NCBI GenBank assembly: GCA_963514005.1
Contig: OY740795.1
Coordinates: 682,001 to 746,000 of the forward strand
Length of the DNA stretch: 64,000 nt
DNA from: Raja brachyura
Taxonomy: Eukaryota
Direction of reading: 5' to 3'
The notes under the pieces: model-generated
What the model saw: only the letters and a program-made list of their open reading frames with translations
Told to the model about the DNA's origin: nothing
The model's database searches: none
Part shown: in pieces, positions 39,741 through 50,964 of the stretch
Layout: each line of letters begins with the position of its first letter
Numbering within the stretch: the first letter of the stretch is position 1
Translations under genes and position numbers: made by a program

Positions 39741-40045
39741 ACTCAATTTCCGCGGGTTCCCAGAGTCCGCCTCAACAATCCTCTCTTTCTGGTGACACTG
39801 TCACTCTTAACTGCGGATATTCCGGATTCTGCTCGTACACAGTACACTGGTACCGACAGTTCCCAGGGCAGGCTCTGGATTCCTGCTCCAAAGACACACT
39901 TCAGGACAACAAGATAAGGAAGAGGCTGCCGAAGGCCGTATTACTGGTTCTCTCGATCCTGACCAGAAAATCAGTCAGTTAACGCTATCTGAAGTACTGC
40001 CGAGCGACGAGGCTGTGTATTACTGTGGGTTAAGTCCGCGCATCG
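39741..40045 (+). pseudogene. Leaderless supporting TCR-delta V segment with one apparent 1-nt deletion (possible sequencing error)
   Basis: Acceptor ttttctgcag at 39740 in phase 1 with the J donor; (D)SISAGSQSPPQQSSLSGDTVTLNCGYSGFCSYTVHWYRQFPGQAL, 1 nt missing at ~39879 versus the 2631 copy, then FLLQRHTSGQQDKEEAAEGRITGSLDPDQKISQLTLSEVLPSDEAVYYCGLSPRI. Confidence 0.88.
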
Positions 40046-40084
40046 CACAGTGACACAGTGCAGTGAGATAGCTGTACCAAAACC
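40046..40084 (+). promoter_or_regulatory. 23-RSS of the supporting V
   Basis: Perfect heptamer cacagtg + 23 nt + accaaaacc. Confidence 0.92.
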
Positions 40085-40232
40085 TCAGCGTGGCGGAATA
40101 CAGGCACACAGCACTGAGGATCATCTGCAGCGCTATCCGACAACCTCCGATTAGTATGGATTGTTTACACGTTGCGAGGGAAGGAAGAGAAAGATAAAGC
40201 TTAGAAAGATAAATTATATTCAAAAGTACAGA

Positions 40233-40469
40233 NNNNNNNNNNNNNNNNNNNNNNNNNNNNNNNNNNNNNNNNNNNNNNNNNNNNNNNNNNNNNNNNNNNN
40301 NNNNNNNNNNNNNNNNNNNNNNNNNNNNNNNNNNNNNNNNNNNNNNNNNNNNNNNNNNNNNNNNNNNNNNNNNNNNNNNNNNNNNNNNNNNNNNNNNNNN
40401 NNNNNNNNNNNNNNNNNNNNNNNNNNNNNNNNNNNNNNNNNNNNNNNNNNNNNNNNNNNNNNNNNNNNN
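40233..40469. other. Assembly gap (N run)
   Basis: Run of N. Confidence 1.
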
Positions 40470-42120
40470 CACTCTTACCCCTTATGCAATTATGTTGAAA
40501 AGTGGCCCTTTTTGATTTTTGCCCTGGATTTTTCTGCCTGCCACTTTAACTTTTCTCCCTGCTACCTATTGCTTCTACCCTCATCTCACATCCCTCTGTC
40601 TCTCTGCTCATGTTCCCACCCCCTGCCACATTAGTTTAAATCCTCCCTGACAGCACTAGCAAACACTCCCCCAAAGACATTGGTTTCCTTCAATCCCAGG
40701 TGCAGACCGTCCTGTTTGTACTGGTCCCATCTCCCCCAGAACTGATTCCAATGTCCGAGAAAATTTAATCCCCTCCCCCTTGCACCATTTTTCATGCCAC
40801 ACGTATTCATCAGCAATATCCTCCTAATTCTGCTCTGACTAGCACGTGGCACCGGTAGGAGTTCAGAGATTATTACCTTTGAGGTCATACATTTAAGTTT
40901 ATCTCTTAGCTCGCAAAATTCGCTTGCAGGACCTCATCCCGTTTTTTACCTGTATCGTTGGTGCCAATGTGCACCACGGCAGCTGGCTGTTCACCCTCCC
41001 CCTCCAGAATGTTCTGCAGCCGTTCAGTGACATCCTTGACCCTTGCATCAGGGAGGCAACATGCCATTCTGGAGTCTCGTTAGCGGCCGCAGAAACACCA
41101 ATCTATTCCCCTTACTATTGAATTCCTTAGTACAATAGCCCGTCCACTCTTCTTTCTCCCCTCCTGTGCCGCAGAGCCACCCATGGTGCCATGAACTTGG
41201 CTGCTGCTGCCTTCCCCTGATGAGCCATCTCCCCCAACTGTATCCAAAATGGTATATCTGTTTAGGAGGGAGATGACCGCAGGGGACTCCTGCACCACCT
41301 GCCTACTGCTACGCTGGCTAATGGCCACCCGTTCCCTTTCTGGCCGCTTACCTTGCGATGTGACCAACTCACTGCACGTGCTTTTCACGAGCTTCTCAGC
41401 ACCGTGCATGCTCCAGTATGAATCCAACCGCAGCTCCAATCGTTCAATGCGGCCTGCCAGGAGCAGCAGCAGGACACACTTGCGGCAAATGTAGTCACTA
41501 AGGACACCGACAATATCCCTGATCTCCCACATGTTGCAGGATGATCAAACCACGGGGCCGATCTCAAATGAGATGGCTTGCCCCCAAATTAAATCACATC
41601 ACACTATAAAAATCTTAATCCTTTAAACTAACTTTTACTAAAAAGCACTGAACCCTTTAGCTTACTGAACCATTCAGCTCACTGAACCCTTTAGCTCACT
41701 GTACCTTTAACTCACTTTACCTTTAACTCACTGAACCCTTTAACTCACTTTACCTTTAAGTCACTTTACCTTTAACTCACTTTACCTTTAAATCACTGAA
41801 CCCTTTAGCTCACTTTACCTTTAACCCACTTTATCTTTAATGTAAACCAGGGGTCGCACCCAATCAGCTGTTTCCGCCAATCAGCGGCTTCCACCAGAAC
41901 ACTTGTGTGGAACGTTACAGATTTGAGTTCCCCCTCCGCTTGCTCCAACGGCTCCAGGGCCTCTGTTAAAACAAAGCCCCGCCCTCGATTTTTAATCTCG
42001 CCACCCGGAGACTCCTCCTCTTGCTCCAACGTCTCCTCGGCCTCTGTTAAAACAAAGCCCCGCGCTCGATTTTTAAACTCACCACCCGGAGACTCCTCTA
42101 CTTGCTCCAACGTCTCATGG
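40470..42120 (-). mobile_element. 5' part of a CR1 LINE (5'UTR tandem repeats and ORF1 zinc-finger/SGNH esterase)
   Basis: MWEIRD..YICRKC, NSIVRGID..FCG and FWGRWDQYKQDGLHL; ~16-bp repeats at 41650-41840 and two ~81-bp repeats at 41940-42115. Confidence 0.8.
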
Positions 42121-42159
42121 GCCTCTGGCCGTGAAGGAGGCTCAGAACATAGCGAGGCC

Positions 42160-43300
42160 CACCGCAAATTGGCACCTCATATTTCGTTTGGGTAGTTTAC
42201 AACGCAGCGGTATGAACATTGACGTCTCCAATTTCAGACAGTCCTTGCTTTCTCCCTCCATCCCCTCCCCTTCAAGGCTCCCCATAGCCCACTGTCCCCG
42301 CCTGTTCCATTTTTCTTCCAGTCCCCCCACCCCACCCCACATCAGTCTGCAGAAGCGCCTCGTCCCGAAACGTCACCTATTCCTTCTCTCCATAGATCAC
42401 CGGTCGCCAGGCTCCACCCCCTCCCCCACTCCCCAGGACCTTCATGTACTCACCCCCAAGACATCCCAGAAAGCTCTACCGTCTACCAAACCGGCTGGAG
42501 ATTTGCCACTCCACAGTCAACTCCGCCAATGAAAAGTGGTCATCAAGGATTTCAAACAGCTCACTATCCACAGTTAGTAGACCATCCCGCAGGAGCAGCT
42601 GAGCCTTCCCGCTGTAACCAAGTGGGGGGGAACAGAGACCTATAAAATGACCGAACTAAAGCACTGATCTTCTCTGGATCTTTAACAGAGGAGCCGTCAT
42701 CCGCGAGCAGCTCGACGAGATGTTCGCGGATTCCCAGCCCTTCATCCAGAGAGAAAAATAAAGGTGATGCATGGTCCGGATCGTGCAGCATCAGGACCCG
42801 CGACCTCACGTAAGCATCTCTGGGCAGCTCAAGCTGCAGGTCTCTCCGTGCTTCCTTCCTGTCATGATACTCTCCCCACTCACAGGAGTCCTCACCAATC
42901 CGACACAAACGAGACTCTGCGTCGAGTAATTCTCTGCGCCCCGCCCTCTGGTTGAACCCGTCGTAAACTCCTGATAAAAGGATGTAAGCCTTTCCCACAT
43001 CCCACCACTGCCTAATGGAAGGGATACCACTCCGCCTCTCTCTTCACTTCACCCAAAACCGACTGAATGATACCTGGAATCGGCTATTCTCCAGCAGCTG
43101 GTTATTAAAGCGCCAGAACGCGGAGCAGCTGATGTGCGCGCTAGGATAAAGTACACTCACATCAGACAGTGGACCGAGCGCGGCACCGGCCGCACAGAGG
43201 CCACGAGACACGAGAGACATAAGCTCCGGAGATGTATATGCCATCGATACGGGAACCACCCCCTTCAGACATGCGCGAAAAAACGTTGGAATCAGGGTGT
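42160..43300. mobile_element. Penelope-like 3' fragment (+, 42160-42400) and Tx1-like ORF2 fragment (-, 42480-43300)
   Basis: HLIFRLGSLQRSGMNIDVSNF; AYVRSRVLMLHDPDHASPLFFSL and FWRFNNQLLENSRF. Confidence 0.6.
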
Positions 43301-44499
43301 AGCTGAAATAAAAATATAAAGATTCGTACAATCAATTTTCACCTTCATTTAGCTGGAAAGAAACTTCAAAAATTCGTTTCACGAGAGATCAGCAAGTTTT
43401 AAAAATCCCACATTAAGGCTTTGTAGAGTTGATCGGGAGAATCATCAATATATATATATGGGACAAGCAATATACATTCAAAGGGGAGAACATCGGAGAA
43501 GGTAAGACTTTACCAACTGAATTGAAGGCATTTGCACTATGCAGGCTGCTACATTCAAAGAAACACACTCGTAGGAAAATAGACAATTGTCTTCGTTGCG
43601 ATTGTGCCAACTAAATGGCGAGAAATATGGTTCACAATTTTCCCCATCGCTTAGAATAATTCCGCTCAGATTTACATTTCACGGAATCCACGACTAAACA
43701 TGTCCCGCTGAAGGGATGCTGCATGATAATATTAGCAGAGTTGACATATGGACAGCTGGAGGAGTGCGTTATCACTTAATTTATTAACAATTGGTTTGTT
43801 AAGAAGAGTGCCCGAGCGATGATTTTTTTTAGAACCAGATAGCTTCATTTTAATTCATCATTGACAGAATATTTTATTTTCTTCACAGATTGCGAGGGAA
43901 GAGGAGAAATGGGTAGGTACAAAGTTAACCCTCCACGTTGTAGTATCAGGGAAACATTATGCGGCTTACTGCCTCTTAACAGCAAATTAACAGAAGGCAG
44001 TATCTCTGGAGGAAAGGGATAGATGACGTTTCTGGTCAGGATCATTCTTCCACCGACAGTAGGACGAGGCCACTGGATGCAATAGTAGGCCAGAACAAGG
44101 CAGGGAAGGCAACACATGTCTGAGAAGGAAATTAGCCCATAATCGCCCATTGTTGGCTGGAGAATACGTGGTAACAAACAACTACAAAGATGGGAGCGGA
44201 ACAACTAGCATGATGACTAGGTTGGGGAGAGATTGGGAGAAAATTAGACATGCGAGATACGAGACGGTGTTCCTCCATTGATTGCGTGGCCTCGCTCTAA
44301 AAGTTGAGGTGGACAACGGCAGAAGGGGTTATATGGGAATGGGAAGACGTGTTAAAATGTTTGCCCTCCGGAAGAACGTAAAGGCAAATGTGGATATTGA
44401 TTTGTTACCGCAGATAGGACCACAGAATCACAGTCATAGAGTGATACAGTGTGGTAGCAGGACATTCCGCCCAACTCGCCACACCGGCCAACAATATAT

Positions 44500-47400
44500 C
44501 AGTTACACTAGTATGGAAGGGGACCGATATAACAAGAGGGGGACCGACCTTCTGGCAGGCAGGTTTGCTAGGGCTACACGTGTGGGTATAAACTAAATAG
44601 TGGGGGCAGGAATTGACAAATCGGGAGTATAAAGATGGAGTTGAGGGGGAAGTAGCTACAGGAAAAATACAAACGCTTCTCGATTTAACGGGAAGGAAAG
44701 CTCGAGAATGGTCAAAAGGGTAAGGTCAGGGACAATTGCGAGTGCTGCGAGGGGGGAAGGAAATATGGAGGTGAAAGTGCTGTATATGAATATAAGGAAT
44801 AAAGTGGACGAGCTTGAGGCACAGTTAGAAACTGGCAAGTGTGATGTTGTGGGAACTACTGAGACATGGCTGCAAGAGGGCAAAGGTTGGGAACTGAATA
44901 TTCAAGGGAGAAGACAGACAGGTGGGTAGAGGGGATGGGGTTGTCCTGTTGGTGAGGAATGAAATTCAGTCCCTTGCAAGGGGTGACATTGAAACACGAG
45001 ATGTGGAGTCAGTATGGATGGAACTATGGAATTGAAAGGGTAAGAAGACCCTAAAGGGACTAATCTACAGGCCCCAAACAGTAGCCTGGACATAGGGCGC
45101 AAGTTGAATCAGGAGTTAAAATTGGCAAGTAGTAAACGTACTTCTGTGGTTGTTATCGGAGATTTCAACATGCAGATGGACTGGGAAAATCAGGTTGGTA
45201 CTGGAGCCCAAGAAACGGACTTTGTAGAGTGCCTTCGTAATGGATTATTTGAACAGCTTGTATTGGAGCCTACAAGAGAGAAGGCAATTCTGGATTTAGT
45301 GTTATGTAATGAACCGGATTTTATAAAGGACCTCGAGGTTAATGAGCCATTAGGAGGCAGTGACCATAACATGGTCAGGTTTACTCCACAATTGGAGAGG
45401 GAGAAGGGTAGATCGGAGGTGTCGGTGTTACAGTGGAATAAATGGGACTAAGGGGCCATGAGCGATGAGCTGGCCAGTGTTGACTGGAAATATACACTAG
45501 CAGGGACAAAAATGGTAGGTTGTTCTAGGAATAATACAGAAGGTGCAGGATCATTTCATTCCTAGGAGGAAGAAAGATTCCAAGGGGAGAAAATTACGTC
45601 CATGGCTTAGAAGGGACGTTAGTGACATTATAAAAATTAAAGCGAAGTACATCGTATCAAAGATGAGCGGGTAGCAAGTAGATTGGGTAATGTTTAAGGA
45701 ACAACAGAAGATAACTAAAAATACAATACCGGGAGGAAATATGAAGTACGAAGATAAGCTAGCCAAGAATATAAAGCAGGATATTAAAAGCGTGTTTAGG
45801 TATGTGAAGAGGAAGAAAATAGTTATGACCAAAGTTGGACCCTTGAAGACCGAAACAGGTGAATTTATTATGGAGAACATGGAAATGGCAGATGATTTGA
45901 ACAGTTACTTTGGATATGTCTTCACTAAGGAGGACACAAACAATCTTCCTGATATAGTAGTGGCCAGAGGATCTGGGGTGACGGAGGAACTGAAGGAAAT
46001 CCACATTATGCAGGAAATGGTGTTGGATAGACATATGGGACTGAAGGCTGTAAATACCCAAGCCTGATGGTCTGCATCAGAAGGGTACTTCAGGACGTGG
46101 CTCCAGAAATTATGGATGCATTGGTGATATTTTTCCAATGTTCTATAGCCTCAGGATCAGTCCCTGTGGATTGGAGGGTAGCTAATGATATCCTACTTTT
46201 AAGAAAGGTGGGAGAGAGAAAACAGGGGATTACAGACCAGCTAGCCTGACATAGGTGGTGGTGAAGATGCTGGAGACAATTATAAAACATGAAATAGCGG
46301 AAAATTTGGATAGTAGTAACAGGATCGGTCCGAATCGGCATGCGTTTACGAAGGGGAAATCATGCTTGACTAATCTTCTGGAATTTTTTGAAGATTTAAC
46401 TAGGAAAATGGACAAGGGAGAGCCAGTGGATGTAGTGTACCTGGAATTTCAGAAAACATTTCATCAGGTCCCATATAGGAAATTAGTGGGCAAAATTTGG
46501 GCGCATGGTATTGGGGGTAGAGTGCTGACATGGATAAAGAAGTGGTTGGCAGACAGGAAACAACGAGTAGGGATTAACCGGTCCCTTTCAGAATTGCAGG
46601 CAGTGACTAGTGGGGTAGCGCAAGGCTCGGTGCTGGGACAGCAGCTATTTTCAATATACATGAATGATTTGGATGAAGGGATTCAAAGTAACATCAGCAA
46701 ATTTGCAGATGACACGAAGCTGGGTGGCAGTGTGAACTATGAGGAGGGTGCTATAAGAATGCAGGGTGACTTGCACAGGTTGGGGGAGTGGGCAGATGCG
46801 GATAAATGTGAGGTTATCCAGCTTGGCAGCAAAAACAGGAAGGCAGATTACTGTCTAAATGGTGTCAATTTGGGAAAAGCGGAAATACAACGGGATCTGT
46901 GGGTCCTTGTGCATCAGTCTATGAAAGTAAGCATGCAGGTAAAGCAGGCAGTGAAGAAAGCGAATGGCATGCTGGCCTGTATAACTAGTGGAATCTAATA
47001 TAAGAACAAAGACGTCCTTCCGCAGTTGTGCAGAGCCCTAGTGAGACCACACCTGGAGTATTGTGTGCAGTTTTGGTCCCCTAATTTGAGGAAGGACATT
47101 CTTGCTATTGAGGGAGTGCAGCGTAGGTTTACAAGGTTAATTCCCGGGATGGCGAAACTGTCATATGCTGAAAGAATGGAGGAGCTGGGCTTGTACGCTC
47201 TGGGGTTTAGAAGGATGAGAGGGGATCTCATTGAAAGAGATAAGATTGTCAAGGGCTTGGACACGCTAGAGGCAGGAAACATGTTGCCGATGTTTGGCGA
47301 AACTAGAACCAGGGGCCACATTTTAAGAATAAGGAGTAAGCCGTTTCGAACGGAGAAGAGAAAACACTTTTACTCACAGAGAGTGGCGAGTCTGTGGAAT

Positions 47401-47615
47401 TTTCTTCCTCAGAGGGCGATGGAGGCGGATTCTCTGGATGCTGACAAGAGAGAACTGGAGACGTCTCTTAAAAATAGTGGAGTCAGGGGATATGGGGAGA
47501 AGGCGGGAACGAGGCACTGATTGGGGATGATCAGCCATGGTCACAATGAATGGCGGTGCTGGCTCGAAGGGCCGAATGGCCTACTCCTGCAGCTATTCTC
47601 TATTGTCTATTGTCC
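44500..47615 (+). mobile_element. Degenerate CR1 LINE ORF2 with 3' tail
   Basis: GDFN, GSDHNMV, FADD and HLEYCVQFWSP; tail (tattgtc)n. Confidence 0.9.
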
Positions 47616-48375
47616 ATATTCCAGTCCCACTTGCCTGCACTTGGTCCATATCCCTTCAAATCTCTCCTATTCTATCTAACTGTTTCTTAAACGATGGGAT
47701 AGTCCCAGCCTCGACTACCTCCTGTCGCAGCTTGTTCCATACACCCACTACCCTTTGTGTGGAAATGTTTCCCCACGGATTGCTATTGAATATCTTTCCT
47801 TTCTCCTTGAACCTATGTCCTCTGGTAGTCGATTCGCTGGGCAAAAGACTCTGTGCATCTACCCGGTGTACTCCTCTCATGATTTTGTATTTCTGGCACA
47901 CCTCACCCGTAGCTTTACTTTCGATAGATGTTTTCCGCATAGGGAAGGTATTTTAAGCACGGTATCAGTATGGAACTTTACACAATCTAGATCATCCGCT
48001 GTTGAAACAGCAGATTCTCTTTAAGCCGTAAACCTCGTTAATGTGCAACGATACGTGTTTTCAATGATGAAAGGAAATCATAAATACAACCTGTTGTACC
48101 TATTCAACAAAAAATCTTCACTCGTTTTGAAAACATGTATGTTCCAGGCATATGTATACATATTCAAGAAAGCACAGAAGTTGAATGATTGAACGGGGCA
48201 CATGATGATACGGACAAGAGGTGAGACTCAATTGAGCCCAGTAACCTACTAAGCAGGTGGGCGTGCCCGACAGTGCGAATGGACATAAAATGTCCACACA
48301 TTAAATGCTGTTTTTTCACACAAACGCTACAGCAAAGCAACGTATGGAGCTAGCTGATCACTCGTTTTTGTTATA

Positions 48376-50964
48376 TTATTTGAACTTACACTTTACCGAT
48401 ATAAATATCTTTCCAGTGCAAATGACCGGATAAGTTAGCAGACGGGACAGCTCCTCTCTGAACTTGCTCTGTGTCACAGTGTAAATCGCAGTATTGGTGC
48501 AGGAGCTCAGCAGCTGAAGCATCAATCCAACCCTTTCCAATCCACCCAAATAGTCTGTCCAGGTCTTGCGCATAAACACTTTCAAACTTCGATACGCTAT
48601 AAAATGTGCCACACTTGTGGCCCAGAGCAGGATGAAGCAGCTCGATATTGCCAGAAGTAAAACGACCGACCGTCTGCGGTTCACCATCTCCTGGTCTTTC
48701 TTTTTCTCGCCACCGCGGAGATTCCTGCGGGTTCGACTGGCCACGAAAATACGTCTGACGGTGAGCGTGTTAAACAACAAAATCAGGCAGAATGGAATCA
48801 CCGGGGTGAACAACTGTTCGGTCCATGAGAATACCATCCATTCGAGACGAATGAAAAAATCGACAAGTTTGCGGCAGCCATGCGGTCTACCCCATCCGTT
48901 ATACGGAACGTAGGCGAAGGGCAAGGGTATGTTTTCGAGGCAGACGAATGGGATCACTGTCAGGATAACAATTGACGCGGTTCTCTCGGTGCAATATTTA
49001 GTTTTCATGGTCTGAGTAGAGATCGCAACAAAGCGATCAAAGGTGAAAGCGACTGTGAACCATACAGAGCAATTCACCATGACGGATGCCAGGAAGATCG
49101 TTATTTTGCACACAGGAGTGTAGGGCAAGGAAGCATGCCACCAATACAGCTCAGCAATCCGTTGAAATATCACCTCACAGAGAATCACAGAGAGGTCCGC
49201 GGTCGCCATGGCTACCATGTAACGAGTGATGCACTTGGAAAGGCCGCACTTGCTACGTGACAGGATCACAATCGCCATCAGATTCACTAGGAAAGAATGA
49301 AAACATAAAATGTTTAATTGTGTGATGTCCGCGTTGGTGGGAGGGAGCAGACGGAATAATTTCGCCAGTAGTAGAGATTATTTATTTTACGAATCAATAT
49401 TTGGGACAATCACCCGTCAAACGTTTGCCAGAAAGATGTTCATTCAGTAGATTATTCAATTCGTGATTTCCAAAATTAGTAGGATTGTCTTATGTATAAA
49501 ATAATGACATAAAGATGGAAATATCAGTACAAAGACAATCCAATTTTGCTATTCAGGAACTTAATCTGCAAATGATTAAAATCATGTTTACCAAAATGAG
49601 TGGGATTGCCTTTTGTACTAATCGTCACGACGTTATATCAATCGTTTGATGTTGATGTAAAATATAGAACATTTTCAACAGGACGGACATTGTACCTCAA
49701 AAAAGAAATCAACAATCCAAATTACGGTCGATCAAATCAGCATTAAGAGGGGATCCTCCCAATATCAAATATTTGATTTCATTTTTATAACGGTAAATGT
49801 AAATGCGCAGCGTTATTTTTACTGCTGAGACGTGAGCAACGTTTGCGTCGGGGCATTGAATCAATCGAGGTCTGGATTAACGCGCTCTGTTTTGCATTGG
49901 GCCTTCGAGAATGCATTTCCGAACATGAGACCAAGGAAAGGATTTCAGTGCAGCGCTGCAAATATAATTACAAACACCCTTCACAAGCACGGCTAACAAC
50001 ATAACGGGCAGGTATTTTCTGCCGAACAGCGGCGCAAACAATGTCTCATGAGGACATATGCGAAGTATCAGCTTGAGCCCCTTCTTCAGACTCCGGTCGG
50101 AAGAATGATCCCAACTCGATACGTCCACTGCGTCGGAAATACTGCAAGACTGGCTGAGTTAACCAGATCTCTGTTGTCACTGCACGATCGCTGCTCTTGT
50201 AGTTTATAATATCTACCGATCGTTTTATTTTTTGTCCAGCAGGTTGTTCGTACGACCTTCAAATCTGTCTCCGGAAACTATCCCTATGAGAATTTAAGAG
50301 CGATACAGAAAGTGCAGTATCAAATGACTGGACGGGGTGTATTGAGCGTTGTGCCCAATGCAGTACTCACATTGGGACATAAACTGCCACTCACAGCGAG
50401 GACGAAGTTTCGCTTCACCTCGCAACAGCGCAAGTAATGGCATTGACTTTAGTAAAAAGCTGCGAGGGCTATATTTCTGCGAACTTCAATGAGCGGTTTC
50501 GATCATATATACCAACGCGCTACCTCGCGCCCAAGGTGTACATCGCTTACTTTATTTAAGTTTAGGGATATAGCGCGAAAACGGGAGCATCGACGTATCA
50601 AATCTGCACCGATCACGCACACCAAACAACAGCCTACACACACAAGGGGCAATTCATTTTACTTTTATGGAGCATGGGAGCAAATCGAAGATCTCGGGGA
50701 AAACCCAAAAAGATACGGGGAGAACGTACAGACTCCGTACAGACAAACGCTTTAAAACAATTGCTCAAGCGCTGCGCCAGCGTACCGCCCTAACCCGTGC
50801 TGGGCGACTCGGTATGTTCTCTTAATCTTTAATATTCTGCGCTTTTCAAAAGTCTTTGTTAGTTCCATGCGATGTGCCGACAATTACATACCAGGTATAC
50901 CGATTGCTGCCAAAATCGGATAATACACAAGTCCTATTTGTTCCTCAATCGGAATGCCGTGCAT
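48376..50964 (-). CDS. GPR139-like (GPR139/GPR142 family) class A GPCR, 2 exons: 50892-50964 and 48376-49286, 327 aa
   Basis: Exon 1 MHGIPIEEQIGLVYYPILAAIGIP + g|gtatgt; acceptor ttctttcctag; exon 2 VNLMAIVILSRSKCGLSKCITRYMVAMATADL, WFTVAFTFDRFVAI, KYCTERTA and LLSSCTNTAIYTVTQSKFREEL; seven hydrophobic segments, no stops. Confidence 0.9.

Noticed and set aside
40054-40060. Second cacagtg heptamer inside the 23-bp spacer of the supporting V RSS
   Set aside because: Its distance to the nonamer is 15 bp, neither 12 nor 23, so it is unlikely to be a separate RSS.
40020-40634. ORFs spanning N runs (also 3035-3271)
   Set aside because: Artefacts of translating assembly gaps.
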